Assembly (NCBI GenBank): GCA_964019335.1
Contig: OZ025726.1
Location: 393,703-457,702, forward strand
Direction of reading: 5' to 3'
Source: Diplonema japonicum
Taxonomy: Eukaryota > Protista > Euglenozoa: Diplonemea
Length of the DNA stretch: 64,000 nucleotides
The translations under genes and the position numbers were made by a program. Under the pieces are notes generated by a model. It worked only from the letters and a program-made list of their open reading frames with translations. It was not told the origin of the DNA and made no database searches. Positions 32,367-44,274 of this stretch are shown here, one piece after another. The number at the start of each line of letters is the position of its first letter. Position 1 is the stretch's first letter.

Positions 32367-34409
32367 CTAGTGGCCCCACCATGCCTTGTGCCGTGCAAGG
32401 CACATGTTGCATTCTTCATCGTCTTTTAAGAACTCCACATCAAGGTTTGCGTCATGCAACATGTCGTTGGCTATGACGGTCAGGCCTTCTCGGTATTCAA
32501 ACCACAGCGCAGACAGTTTACTTGAGAAGCTATTGTGGTGAAGAAATTGCTTGTCGGGAGACAAATCGCTGATAAGGGAGCCGTAGTCCAGGCACCATTC
32601 GGTGGTGATGCGCCACGCCAGAGAAGTGACCATGTAGGAATGGCACAATACTTGCTTTTGATGGTGATACAGTGTTGCGAGGTAAAATTGCTGCAGCTTG
32701 GGGTATACAGCAGATGCCCTTTCACACTCTACGAGCATTGCTGCATTCGCTTCATTCACTATTCTGTCACACTCGACTGCAAGCAGTTTGAGGTATGTGT
32801 TCTTTATTTCCTTCCTTTGACGCACGGACTTGAGCACTTCGGAGCTCACCCATGTTGATGTCCTGCACCACTCCTCGAAGCACTGTTGCCGTGTCTCAAG
32901 CTCTACATTATAAGGGCAGTAGAGGATTCTTAGTGGTACCTTCGTCGAGCCTGTCCTCTTGTCCATCACGTGGTGGAACACACTAGTACAGATTTCCTTG
33001 GGCGTCCTATTTTTCGTATTCAGACGTAGGTGTGGGTCGGACCACGTTCGCACAAGACACTTAGACACAGTCACGAGCGATGGGCATATTGAGTTTGAGT
33101 ATGCAATGCAGTTTAAAGCACCCTCTCTGCACTCACCTAAGAGTTTGATGCCAGGTGTTGCTGACATGCACCTCAAGACGTCAACACCATCTGGGACCTT
33201 GCCCAGGAGGAGACGGAAGAGGTCAAGCTTGCACAGCAAACTGATAGCAGGGGGCATGGAGTTAGGTAAAGACCCCATATGGTAGTCGAAAGGGTATTCC
33301 AACTTACTCTTGGAAGACAACGACTTAGCGGCAGAACTCTCAACCAACATCAACAGGGAATAGCCTTCTTCTTCACTTGCTCCGAGCAGTGTTCTGGAGG
33401 TGTCCCAGGCATGCATCAAAGCGCAATGCAGTGCGTTCCCATATTGATGAGGGGCCAGTGCCCTTTCCTGTATAGTGCACCGCTCAGTGTCTTCGAGCTT
33501 AACTAGTTTCCACAGCATCACGCCCAGACCCTGCGTATGGTCCTTGAAGATTGACGAGAAGCTGGTGTTCTCGAGAATAGCGATGAAAATCATCTTGTTC
33601 TTGTGCAACAAGTCAAGTGTATTCTTTGCAAATTTGAAGTACTTCAAGGTCAAGCAGGACCTTTCGTACATTTCCATGTCATGCAGACACGTTGTGGCGT
33701 GCCCTGCGATACTGCTAGCTTGCTCGTCAGCTAAGTTTGCGCGATCATTGCACTCATCGAGCTCGAGGGAGGCAAAGCCATCAAACCCCTTCCTCGACAA
33801 GAGGTACGAGTGCACTTTCGTCTTGTAGAGGTCTAAGGTAAGCCTTTCCTTGCAGTCCTTGTTGCAGATCTCATCGCGCTTGGCACGCTCGCTGTCGAAG
33901 AAGGATACTCGCGTAAGGCATTCTGCAGCGTCTGTAGTCATAGCCACCCACAGGTATTTCTCTTCCAATGTGATCCAGTACCGTTGCACGTCGTGGCTCT
34001 CCAACAGCGCATCTTCTGCCACAACCATCTCACGAGTCCGACACTCTTGCATGTGGTTTGTTTTACTTAACATGTTGCTGATGAAGTTCTTGCTCGACTG
34101 AGCTTTTGTCATTTCCTCCTGATTTTCTACTCTGCGTCTGCCCTCTTCTTCTTCCCTCCTCAAGAAGTATACCCTTCGAACATTGCACCCTCTAGAGATA
34201 GAGGGGTATCGCGAATCAGGCCTGCTACTCTTTCTGCTGATAGCGCATATATCGGTTGAGTACATAACCTGGAGGAATGAGGAGAGTGCAGAAGAGCAGT
34301 AAAAAAAGTCTACAAGTGTACGTATAAACCACCACTGCATGAGGCAGTGCTCTATGGTGTCTAAGAAATCTAGAAGCCTAATTCGAATGGTACGCTCTTG
34401 TGATTGCAT
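32367..34409 (-). CDS. Hypothetical protein with E..ER..I..E coiled-coil repeats; true start probably downstream of 34378
   Basis: 680-aa ORF; its 5' end overlaps the stop of the upstream gene, so the start is uncertain. Confidence 0.65.
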   Translation of the reverse strand: MQSQERTIRIRLLDFLDTIEHCLMQWWFIRTLVDFFYCSSALSSFLQVMYSTDICAISRKSSRPDSRYPSISRGCNVRRVYFLRREEEEGRRRVENQEEMTKAQSSKNFISNMLSKTNHMQECRTREMVVAEDALLESHDVQRYWITLEEKYLWVAMTTDAAECLTRVSFFDSERAKRDEICNKDCKERLTLDLYKTKVHSYLLSRKGFDGFASLELDECNDRANLADEQASSIAGHATTCLHDMEMYERSCLTLKYFKFAKNTLDLLHKNKMIFIAILENTSFSSIFKDHTQGLGVMLWKLVKLEDTERCTIQERALAPHQYGNALHCALMHAWDTSRTLLGASEEEGYSLLMLVESSAAKSLSSKSKLEYPFDYHMGSLPNSMPPAISLLCKLDLFRLLLGKVPDGVDVLRCMSATPGIKLLGECREGALNCIAYSNSICPSLVTVSKCLVRTWSDPHLRLNTKNRTPKEICTSVFHHVMDKRTGSTKVPLRILYCPYNVELETRQQCFEEWCRTSTWVSSEVLKSVRQRKEIKNTYLKLLAVECDRIVNEANAAMLVECERASAVYPKLQQFYLATLYHHQKQVLCHSYMVTSLAWRITTEWCLDYGSLISDLSPDKQFLHHNSFSSKLSALWFEYREGLTVIANDMLHDANLDVEFLKDDEECNMCLARHKAWWGH

Positions 34410-35348
34410 TTTGCTGCCTCTTCAGCCTCTCAAGTGCATTCTTGCGGATACCCAGTGTCTTGTAGATTGCCAACCTCTTGCGCGAAGAGGTGCAGATTAG
34501 CTCCAGGAGGGCCGATCCGTTTGCGTTTCGTGTGTGCAGGAGAACATTCTAGTAGAAGTGGTTTGGTTGGTGCAGCTTATAATGAATACCTTTGTGGTGT
34601 AGTTCTCGATGACTTCATACAGTTCACTGATGGGCACTTCTAAGATGGGGTTCCTGTCGTAGTGGTGCAAGAAGATAATGTTAGTGGGTGTTATCCTGAG
34701 GCTGACACTCGAAGAGAGTGGTTCCAGTTTGGGCATAGGGTCCCCGTCATTGAGGTGCCTGTCTATAGTGCACCCGTTCATGCTGATACCGGACCCGAAC
34801 TCAATAGCTGAGTTGCATTGGAACTCTTCCTCGGTGAGAAGCTGTGGCTGTGTTGCTTGTTAATTGCGATTGCAGCATACCATTCTCGTCCCGTTGGGCG
34901 AGTGATGTTGCACGCTGGCCGTGTCTTCAGGGACGGCTTGATGCACTTGGGGGGTTGGTTGTGGCTGCGGTTGGTGATGCTGCGGTGGCATAAAATGAGG
35001 CTGTGGGTGTTGCTGTTGTGGTTGTGGCTGAGGCTGTAGTTGTTGTGACTGGGGTGGGTGGTACTGCTGCTGCGTCTGCTGCTGTTGCATCTGTTGCAGA
35101 ACGCCGCTGCTTTGAAGCTGCTTTAGTCTCATCTCCCAATCAGTCGTCGGTTCCGCCTGGCCCTGAGGAACCATTGAACCGAATTGGCTTCGAACACCTT
35201 TCAAAAAGGAAGACGCCGTGTCAGGGGAACCACTGCCCTTCGCGTTGTCTTCCCAGCCAGGTCTCAGTGCCTCACCTTCATGACTTGGGGCCAGACCTGC
35301 CGCGCCTGCACCAGGACCCGTGGGAGGTATCCATGCAGGAAAAGCCAT
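34378..35348 (-). CDS. Q/P-rich protein with possible PH-like C-terminal region; introns 34848-34880 and 34549-34589
   Basis: Two GT-AG introns (33 and 41 nt) join the track ORFs 34860-35348 and 34497-34781 to a terminal exon NVLLHTRN...AYHSN*. Confidence 0.72.
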
Positions 35349-35668
35349 ATGTTACCCTGTGTTGTGTTCGCATCAACGTATGCAGCCAGAATGAGAGTCG
35401 AGAGGCAGCGACAGATTGCATGGAATCTTCTTGTAAAAGAAGAGGTACACTATTAGTGGTACACTATTAGAGGTACACTATACTTGTCGCGACGCAAACC
35501 AAATCTACATTCGCATCGCATCTTTTTTGTATATCACTGTGATGGGGTTTTCCGGTACAAAGTTAGGGACTACTTTAAAAAAAGGGGTGAAGATGAAGAA
35601 GAGTGGTACATCAATTCAATTTAGGCCATTTCGGAGGCGGGCTGTGTTGTTTTTTTTTCGGGAAATAA

Positions 35669-36385
35669 TCAAAAAAGGGCATACGTGTCAGGATCGTGAG
35701 CTGGTTTTTTCTCGATAGGGAATCTAGCATCTTTTATAACGGGGCAGCCCCTGTTTTTGAACCACACCCTGGCGGCGTTCGCCTGCTGGACGGTGATGAA
35801 GGTTAGGAAACCGAAGCCTTTTAAAAGGGAGGAAGTGGGGGATTCCGGTACCAAGTGGATATCCATGAGACCATGGACCTGAGCGAGTGCCGTCCTAACA
35901 TGAGACTCAGGAACAGTACGGTCTTGCAGGGTCACGAAGAGCTTGTTCTGCGGCTCGCCCTCTGGGTGAGTGTAGGGCATGCTTGCTTGCATCTTCTGCT
36001 GAAGCTGTATTTGTTGCTGCTGCTGCTGGTGTTGTTGTTGCTGTTGTTGATTGAACTGTTCTCTTTGTCTCTTAGCCGCCTTCTTAGCGCTCGGCGGCCA
36101 CTCCGGCTGGTACACCGCCACACTCATAGTTGCATCGCCTCCATATTTCGCCACCAGATTATTCAACGTTTTCATCTTGCTCTCCAAATATAACATTTCT
36201 AGCTCCAAGAACCGCTTTGCCTTGTACATTGTAGGCAACACCATCTCCTCCGATCTCATTAGCTCCTCTACCTTTTCCTTGTTATAAAGTGCCAGATATA
36301 AATAACCCAAGTGATCCACCTTCACTGGGCATGGGCTTATCGTCTCCACTTCGAACAGGCATTTCACGTACTGCAGCGATGCCAT
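35669..36385 (-). CDS. RRM-domain RNA-binding protein with polyQ tract
   Basis: NKLFVT (RNP2-like) and KGFGFLTF (RNP1). Confidence 0.8.
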   Translation of the reverse strand: MASLQYVKCLFEVETISPCPVKVDHLGYLYLALYNKEKVEELMRSEEMVLPTMYKAKRFLELEMLYLESKMKTLNNLVAKYGGDATMSVAVYQPEWPPSAKKAAKRQREQFNQQQQQQHQQQQQQIQLQQKMQASMPYTHPEGEPQNKLFVTLQDRTVPESHVRTALAQVHGLMDIHLVPESPTSSLLKGFGFLTFITVQQANAARVWFKNRGCPVIKDARFPIEKKPAHDPDTYALF

Positions 36386-36652
36386 CTGGTGTGCTCCTGT
36401 AGTGGCTGATGGTTTGTAAAGAAATAAAAAGAACTGAAAGAAAACTGATTACCGAGATGCAGACCTTGGTCTTCTGCAGACACTAAGCACAGTTTCGAGC
36501 CTTAAAAAACTTCCCATAAAGGATAGCAAACAAAGAGCCAGCTCTGTGACGTGATGCTTCGCCTACGAGATCGAGCTGCCCTATTTCAAAGGCTCACTTG
36601 CCTCCCAAGTAAGCAAGCACTATTCTCCTTGATACCAAATACGAGCTTCTGA

Positions 36653-37394
36653 CTATATCTTTCTTCCACGCTTCCTTAGCGCCTCTTTCACTTCATCAAG
36701 CGTTTCCTAATAGAGTGTGCATAGCAAAGCATGGCATACCTGCAATTTGTCAACTGATTCTTGCAATTTTTTGACTTCATCTCTGAGATTACTTTCCGGT
36801 GTTGCAATCCGTGGAGTGGTTTCAGAGGACACGATGCCGATCTTCTTGAGCACCCACCGGAGGGGCACCAACACGAAGATGTACATCGCTGTGAGGCCGG
36901 CCAAGCCCAGGAGCCCCATGAGAGCATACAAGCGGTACTTCTTCGCACCGATTGACTCATATCCCATTTTGTCCTCGTTCTGGTACGTCCCTTTTACAAT
37001 CATGTTGTAAGCGGACTGGATCTTCTGAAACTCATCAAGAGACCCCCCTTTGTCAGGGTGATTAGTCAGTGACAGCCTTCTGTAGGCTGCTTTCACTTCC
37101 TCTACAGGCGCACCCTCCTTTAACCCCAGCACCTGGTATGGTGACCCGTTCTCTTTCACCCACGATGCTGACTGCATACTATCCTGTGCGTGTTGCCGCA
37201 CTTGGTCCTTCCACTGTTGCGTTTTGGTGAGAACAATACAAACATACTTTCTGCCACTGTGATCCCTGCGTGTTGTACCTCGCCTGCCGAGCTCTTGGAC
37301 CCTTGAAAATCTGAAACCTTTGCAACCCATGTTGCCTGAGGCTGCCCGCTCCTCGTATGACGAGGGGGACTGATGCCAAACTTGATCGCAGCAT
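36653..37394 (-). CDS. DnaJ-domain membrane protein, probably mitochondrial; introns 37214-37247 and 36707-36739
   Basis: Arg/Ser-rich presequence MLRSSLASVPLVIRG; PYQVLGL...AYRRLSLTNHPDKGG; one TM segment; splicing gives a clean frame ending ETLDEVKEALRKRGRKI*. Confidence 0.85.
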
Positions 37395-37442
37395 TTTCCT
37401 TTGGTATAATATGTTTCTAGAACACAGAAAAGAACAATGAAA

Positions 37443-39527
37443 TCACGCGGTGCAGTGGCTTCTTTCGAACGTTGTATGCAACGCAGCGATGCTTGTGAGC
37501 TGGACAAGAGAGGTACCCTTAACGAGGCGGCTGGGGGGCACAAAGTCTGTTTTCAGGGATGGAAGTATAGAAACAGGGAAGAACGCAGATATCGGTGATG
37601 TGTGTGGGGGTGGGATATGGTCGAAGGATGAGCCACAAGGTGTGTATAGGGCAGAGAGCTCTGTGGCTAGGGTTTGATAAACGAGCTCAGAAGAATCACC
37701 AGCTTCCCACGGCACATCGGAACCGACACGCAACATCAGCAAGGGAACCCCTTCCAGTGGAGGGACGAAGCCATTCCACACACGGGGCAAGGTAGTGACT
37801 TTCCCATCTGCAGAGACACCCACACCAACGTCCTGCAAAACTGTCCTGTGTTTCACCAAGCAGTCCACCAATGCAGTACAAATCTCCTGCTTATCCCCAT
37901 CAGAGGGTTCCCACACGCCCGGTATTGAAAGAGCAACCTCACAAAGATCAGCGATTCTAGGAGGGTCAGTAAAGTTGAGAAGTGACTTGCAGCTTCCTCT
38001 CAGGATTCTCTGATACGCAGCTTCTTTCATCACAACTTTCAAATCCAGAAAGTAAATATCGTCTGCACTCCTGAGGATAGCGGCTCTGTCATTCACCATC
38101 CCCACTTGCTCCATGGTGCTAAAAACTTCTTTCATTCTTGCGTGTGCTGATTCTTGGATCCTTTCAGTGGCTAGCACCCTGCCATGCTTAGGGGGGTTTT
38201 GTGTTGGCAGGAGCTGCTTAAACGGATTGGCCTTCTCATTTTTTGAGCTGTCGACTTTAAGCTCGATGTTGCCCGGCTTCATGATCACTGAGTCCACCAT
38301 GATGTCCTTATCCCCATCGAGCACTACGCTTTTGAAGGGTTTGGTACTGGCGTGTTTTGGCGTGTCCGTGCTTAGTGCAGCGCTCTCGGTTACTGCGCGT
38401 TTCTTTAGGTGCTCTTTGCCGCTCTCCTTGTTTTCGGTGACTTCGTCTTCTTCAAGTTTCCGTTTCTTCGCCCCAAGTTCTTCCTTCAGCACGACTATGG
38501 GGAACTGCTTCGAAACTTCTACAGCAGTATTCAACTTCGCCGTGATGGCGTCATGCACTCCAGATGCGATCAGGTCCTCCTTCAAGAGAGCTACTTCTGC
38601 TTTGGTAGGGTGCACATTCACATCAACTTCGTTAGCAGGCACTGTGATGGACAGAAATATGAAGGGGTGCTTCCCTTTTCCAAGGAAGGGTTGATAAGCC
38701 TGCGAGACTGCTTTTTGTATGGGAGAACAGTCTACAAGCCTTCCGTTCGCAAAGTACGTAGATATAATCCTTCTCACTGAAAAGAAGCTGCCTGTGAACA
38801 GGCCTTTTACAGTAGCATCCGGTGTGTCGATGGCCAGCTCGTGTATGTGGTTGCTGATGTCAAGCCCGAAGGCCGTGGGGATGACCCCGACAGAGGTGTC
38901 AGGGCACCCCGATGTGTTGAGGTCGGGTGGTATGTTGAAGTCCTTTCTGCAAATGAACTTCGTCTTTGGGTATTGCACAGAATAGCGCTTCACAACCTCC
39001 AAGATCCTTGAATACTCCGTGAAGCTAGACCGCAGAGAGGCCTTCCGCACAGGAAGGTTGTAAAAGAGGTCATCCACAGCCACAGAAGTCCCCTCGGGGC
39101 ACGTCACAATGCCAGGAACTGCTTCCTTCATCTCACCGTTTGCGTAGCTTGCCGAAAGTCCGTTACTAGCACCGTGCCTCTTAGTGGTGATTCTGACGCG
39201 GGCCACGTAGGTTATGGACGCAAGCGCCTCACCCCTAAACCCGAACGTACTCACTTTCTCGAGCTCCTCATATTTAGAGAGCTTTGAAGTCGTGAACCTC
39301 TCGCAAACCCTTTTCATGTCTGCAGGTCTGACCCCATCGCCATTGTCCATCACCACCAGCTTAGTTCCACCGTTCTTTGCTACTATTGTCACCTGCGTAG
39401 CGTGAGCATCAAGACTGTTCTCAATCAACTCCTTTATGGCATGGCAGGGGCGTTGCACAACCTCGCCGGCTGCTATCTTGTTGACCACATCTTGTGGCAG
39501 CTTCTTGATAGTCTCTGCAGTGTCCAT
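37443..39527 (-). CDS. MLH1: DNA mismatch repair protein MLH1
   Basis: IAAGEVVQRP, KELIENSLDA, DNGDG, TFGFRGEALASI, DVNVHPTK, and C-terminal FERSHC resembling the MLH1 FERC motif. Confidence 0.93.
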   Translation of the reverse strand: MDTAETIKKLPQDVVNKIAAGEVVQRPCHAIKELIENSLDAHATQVTIVAKNGGTKLVVMDNGDGVRPADMKRVCERFTTSKLSKYEELEKVSTFGFRGEALASITYVARVRITTKRHGASNGLSASYANGEMKEAVPGIVTCPEGTSVAVDDLFYNLPVRKASLRSSFTEYSRILEVVKRYSVQYPKTKFICRKDFNIPPDLNTSGCPDTSVGVIPTAFGLDISNHIHELAIDTPDATVKGLFTGSFFSVRRIISTYFANGRLVDCSPIQKAVSQAYQPFLGKGKHPFIFLSITVPANEVDVNVHPTKAEVALLKEDLIASGVHDAITAKLNTAVEVSKQFPIVVLKEELGAKKRKLEEDEVTENKESGKEHLKKRAVTESAALSTDTPKHASTKPFKSVVLDGDKDIMVDSVIMKPGNIELKVDSSKNEKANPFKQLLPTQNPPKHGRVLATERIQESAHARMKEVFSTMEQVGMVNDRAAILRSADDIYFLDLKVVMKEAAYQRILRGSCKSLLNFTDPPRIADLCEVALSIPGVWEPSDGDKQEICTALVDCLVKHRTVLQDVGVGVSADGKVTTLPRVWNGFVPPLEGVPLLMLRVGSDVPWEAGDSSELVYQTLATELSALYTPCGSSFDHIPPPHTSPISAFFPVSILPSLKTDFVPPSRLVKGTSLVQLTSIAALHTTFERSHCTA

Positions 39528-39589
39528 ATCTACCTGCACATGGACTAGACTGGTGTAATTAAGGAAGACAAAACTCAAAGAAGGCATAA

Positions 39590-40648
39590 CTATGCCTGTA
39601 ATCTGCTGGTAGCTCGCTCGTACGCTTCGGTGAAGGCCTTTGTTGCGAACTGCAAGCTACCGACATGACTCTGGTACAAGGCAAGCACCTTATTTGCTTC
39701 TGCCTTGTTTCCTGTTTGTGCATAGACAAGCATCACTGACGTAAAGAGCCCTTTTGTGATGTATCTCCTATTCAAAGCAAGGAGGAAAGCTGCCGAAGCA
39801 TGTTTCTCATGATAGTCGTCTGCAGCCTTGGCATGTGGGATACATGCGTTGATGAGGTAGTGGTACACCGTGAGTGATGGGACCAGACCGACGCTGGTGA
39901 GATCAGCGATTGTCTTTTTGACATTCTCAAAATCTTCGAAAGAGCAATACAGAGATAACATGGCTTCATACAGCCCAAGTGTCCTCGGAGTGCCTATCTT
40001 GGGAAGGGCTGCGAAGAGTGCTTCAGCCTTGCTTACATGTCGTTCGTCCTCTCTGCATGCCTTAATAGCTCTCGCAAGCGTGACGCTGTTGGGTTGTATT
40101 CCGTGGGCAGCCATGAGCCGAAGGATCTTATTGGCTTCTGCATAACTGCAAAAGTAGAGCATGCCATTATACGTGTCCAGATTGGGCTTCAGTTTCTCCT
40201 GCTTCATACGCTTGAAGTACGTGGCACTAAACTCCCGCAGGCGGCAAAAGCACATCGAGGCAATTATGCTATTGTACACCTTGAGTGAGAACTGCTCAGC
40301 GTGGAGCTCGATCATGTCAAGTATTTTGAGAACGTTTTCGGTGTCGCGTCGCTTAGCATACCCCTTCAACACCAACAGCATGCTTGTCTGCGTCGGTTTG
40401 CTCTTGTTCACCAGCATTTCATCCAATATCTTGTGTGCTTGGGTTACCTTATCCGTTTGTGCTAGAGCTGTGATCAATTCCTGAGAAGAGCGTCTGCCCA
40501 GCCCTTTGACACCTCCTATCTTTTCAACCAACTGGTGCAGCTGTCGCATCATGCCCCGTCCATGCTTGGCGTTCGCCTTCACTTCGCGAATCGCCGCTGG
40601 AGTTATTAATTTTGCAATAAGTTGCGTTTTTGCATAATCGGACAGCAT
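39590..40648 (-). CDS. Pentatricopeptide-repeat (PPR) protein
   Basis: Repeated ~35-aa motifs: VYNSII...MKQEKLKPNLDTYNGML, GIQPNSVTL, GLVPSLTVYHYLINAC. Confidence 0.85.
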   Translation of the reverse strand: MLSDYAKTQLIAKLITPAAIREVKANAKHGRGMMRQLHQLVEKIGGVKGLGRRSSQELITALAQTDKVTQAHKILDEMLVNKSKPTQTSMLLVLKGYAKRRDTENVLKILDMIELHAEQFSLKVYNSIIASMCFCRLREFSATYFKRMKQEKLKPNLDTYNGMLYFCSYAEANKILRLMAAHGIQPNSVTLARAIKACREDERHVSKAEALFAALPKIGTPRTLGLYEAMLSLYCSFEDFENVKKTIADLTSVGLVPSLTVYHYLINACIPHAKAADDYHEKHASAAFLLALNRRYITKGLFTSVMLVYAQTGNKAEANKVLALYQSHVGSLQFATKAFTEAYERATSRLQA

Positions 40649-40666
40649 TTCATGTGTAGTGCACCC

Positions 40667-42821
40667 CTAAACGGTTGCGTTGTTTCTCGAGGACTGTTGG
40701 TGATCAATACAAATGCTACATTGGAGGGGCTTGCGACTACCACCTGGGAAGGGCATGGATGTTGCTGTCGGACAAATCGAACTGACTGACTTCTGCAGAC
40801 GACTTTCTGGAGCGTGGTGAAGGTTCCGAACTAGCGGCACTGTGGTTGCTAAATTTTGTCGGGCAAGGTATGCATACTCATCTAGCATGGAAGCCAGGTT
40901 GTGGACATCAGCGTCTCGAGGTTCTTCGTATAAGAAGTCTTCTTCTTTAGGAGATCTTATGTTCACAAGGGACCTGCGCCTGGACGGCTCTACACCAGGT
41001 GAGCCAGCGCTGCTAATTGAGAATTTCGAGATCTCTCTTTGAAGTGACATAGAAGGGGAGCTGCGCAGGTCTGGAGAGGGGATGTCGGGCTCCACATCTT
41101 CAATTTCTAGCTTCTTAGTCATCTGAGAGCTTTCAGGCTCCACGTCGAGTGTAGGAGGAGATGGAAGTGAACTTGCAGCTAAGTTCTCAAAATATGAGTC
41201 ACGCGCTTTTGTTCCCTCACTTGAAGTCGGGCTGCTCCAGTCGCCTCGCTTCATAGGCATTCTGTCGTCGTCGTCCTGTGGGGTTACCTACTTTTGTGTT
41301 CCATACTGTTAAAGGTGTGTTCTTGATTTTGCCTTTATTTATGCTTCTTCTTGGTGATTTCGGGGAACGGGCTCTCACAGGGCTTGCCACCAAGCGCGCT
41401 GGGCTGCCTGACATTGCCTGTGCAGCCTTCTTGTTGGTATCAAGTACCAGCGACAATACATCTTGCAGGTCACTCTTGACATCCGGTCGCTTAATTATGA
41501 GGTGCTTCAGAAGGCTTGCCATGTCTGCGATGTTGCTGCTTGTATGGTGGATGGTCTTGGTGAGCACACGCTCGCGCTCGGCAGCGTGCTGCAGCTGAGC
41601 GGTTGTATTTTTCTTTTGTTGCATGCATTCGCTCTGGACGGAAAGTAGTTGCTTTCTCAAAACCTTGTTTTCTTCGAGCAGTGAGTGCAGTTCGCCGTTT
41701 CGGAGGGGTTTGCTGGGGGCTGCAGGTCTGCGGCTTGGTGAGGGTGATCCCATTCTTCTGGGGGCAGGTGACCTTTGCCGAATGCTGGTATTTGTGTTGG
41801 TACGCGACATAGAGTTTGTGGCGCATGGCGAACGTGCACGTGTCCGTGAGCCTGTTCGCTTTTTAGAGTTTTCCTTTGTCAACACCTCGCGTTCCAGAGC
41901 CCTTGTGATGGGCGTGATGGTGGTGCATGTCCCTGTTAGCTCGTATCCGCGGACACCCAACCGCTTCCTCACAACCCATAGCAAGGCCTCGCCGTCGTCT
42001 TCAATAACAGGTATAATGTGTAGTATGTTGGGGATGTTCACCTGCTTCAAGCAGGTCGGAGCGCTCGGCGATGAACAGGCCCACACACACATCAGGGAGT
42101 CGAGCCCCCCGGACACAACGAAGCCAGATGCCGTCTGGGAAAGAGCAGTAACGCATTGCGTGTGATTTTTTAAGGTTGCCATCACACGCTGCGCGCTCAA
42201 GTCCCAAAGGAGGATGTTGCCATCTTCACCCCCAGTCCACAAAACAGCCGTCAGTATGTGATACATCATAACTTTAACAAGAGCCCGGTGTCCAACAAGC
42301 TTGCCTGCAGGTTTGCACGTACTGAGGTTCCAGCAGCATATGGCAGGCTCAGTATTGTCACAAGTGAACAAAACCATTCCTATCGCAGAAAGGCCCCTCA
42401 CAATACCCCTCTGGGTTGGCAGTGCCCTTAGGATCTCCATAGAGTCAGCGTGCCATTCAAATACACACTTATCCGTAGAGCCTGTGTAAACCCTCCTTCC
42501 GTGCATTATCATACATGTAACAGCTCCACTGTGTCCAAGGCACTCTGCCCGCAAACTTCCGGAAGAACCTCCTTCTTCTATGCAGTATATCTTCACATAT
42601 CCACTACCCATCCCAGCCCACAAACGCAGTCCCTTTCCGGACACAACAAGCATGTGCTTGACAGAGTCTTTTCCATGGTTTGCAACCTCTTTGATATACT
42701 CTCCTGTCCTCGCTCGTTCAGTAATCGCGCCATCACGGGCGCAGTACACACCTGCACCGCTGGCTGCTAGGCAGTCTACAATCCCGCTTGAGTCTTGTAC
42801 TGTTACTTCTTGCAATTCCAT
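40667..42821 (-). CDS. WD40-repeat / coiled-coil protein, intron 41276-41306
   Basis: GH...TGSTDK...W and GH...TGGEDGNILLWD repeats; a 31-nt intron (gtatggaac...ccccacag) fuses track ORFs 41217-42821 and 40667-41260. Confidence 0.82.
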
Positions 42822-42915
42822 GTTATTTTACTTTCCCTGTGCAAAAGTGAAAACCGACATGAAGCAAGATTAAATTTCTGAACGATAGTTCATAGTATGA
42901 ATAGCGGATAACCCG

Positions 42916-44274
42916 TCAAGGCTTCGTCTCGTCTTTGTAGATTGTTTTATGCCTCGGGGGCAGAAACGCACGCTGCTCTGTCTCAATATTTGCTGGTGTC
43001 CGCTGCAAGTGCGACCTGCCTCGGAGGTCGACAACACCCACGGGGAACTCCGGAGTGTTCTCCTCAATGTACTTCTCAGTGTCTTCAAGGGACGCCCTGT
43101 CAGGACGAGGTTGCCCATCGGGGTAACGGAACACACTGCCCTCAATCTGTTCTCGTTGCTCCTGAATCTCATCTCGCTTTTTCTTCATTATCTCTTCTCT
43201 CTTCACCTCTGCTTCATGGTATGGACTGAGATATGCTCTTGACCATTTGTGGCTGTGCGTCATCTCCTCGTTCGTTGGTACTCTGTTAAGGATGGTTTCT
43301 ATAACTAACATACGCAGGGGGCCACTCAGCACCCGCACCTCTTCCTACCTCAAGCTGCTCTACTGGCACTGTGCGGATCCCGTCAACGAAATCGCGCAGC
43401 ACGTCCTCATACTCGGTGGCGTGGTTCTGTTGTGATGCCAGTGATACATAATCGAATACCTTCAAGTGGTTCATGTGGTTGTCACCAGGCCATGTCACTT
43501 CCCATACTTTCATGTTCTTACGCTCTCGTTGGTACTCCAGGAGTTCTTCAAACGGTCTAAATGTGTGTTCTTATGTTGGCGGGGTTCATACTTTTTCTGA
43601 AGCATCGGGTCGTTCTCTGAATGCAAGTAAAGCTGTGGCGCGAACATCATTTCAAGTGCAGTCATTTCGCGTGCCTTAGTCTTGAACCGCCCCTTCCACT
43701 CGCGGAACATTTGCCGTGCGGTAGCGAGCTGCCGCGGTCCTATTCCTACTCCGGGTATTTCGCCGTTTTTTTCCAATATTTCTGCTGCTTGAGAGATACG
43801 GTTGGCGTTGTAGTAGCTTTCGCCTTCAATGCGTAGCGTGGGGCAGCTGTCGAAGACGATGCCTTTTGTGACCCTGCGTGCGAGGTATACCATGGGGCCA
43901 AGGAACTGTATGAAAGACGCTGAAAAGAAGTGAAGGACTAGGTCTGTTCTGAGGTTGCAGAGTTCGACTTGCAACTCTGCATAGACGCGTTGCATCTTCA
44001 AGTCGGCTGCTTCGTCGAGGTAAGCTTCCTTCCAGCTAGGTACCACCATGACACACGGTACGCCCATTCTATCATACATTTCACTGTATGGTTTCATTCC
44101 TTCTGCAGTGGCCCCAGGCCACCCAAAGAGGACTCCCACTAAAGGGTGTCCTTCGTAGTATGGCACTTCACCCAATTTGCAGTCTATGTCAGGGTCTGCC
44201 ATCATCTCCCGAAACTCGTTGCTCCAATACCTTCTTCCTATTTTCCGCGCGCATCGGGTAAGCGCGCCCTTCAT
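42916..44274 (-). CDS. DUF829/TMEM53-like alpha/beta hydrolase-fold protein; introns 43557-43591 and 43283-43313
   Basis: LFGWPGA, LHFFS, GIVFDSCP, PQLYLHSEND, HMNHL motifs; two short introns join three track ORFs. Confidence 0.8.
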
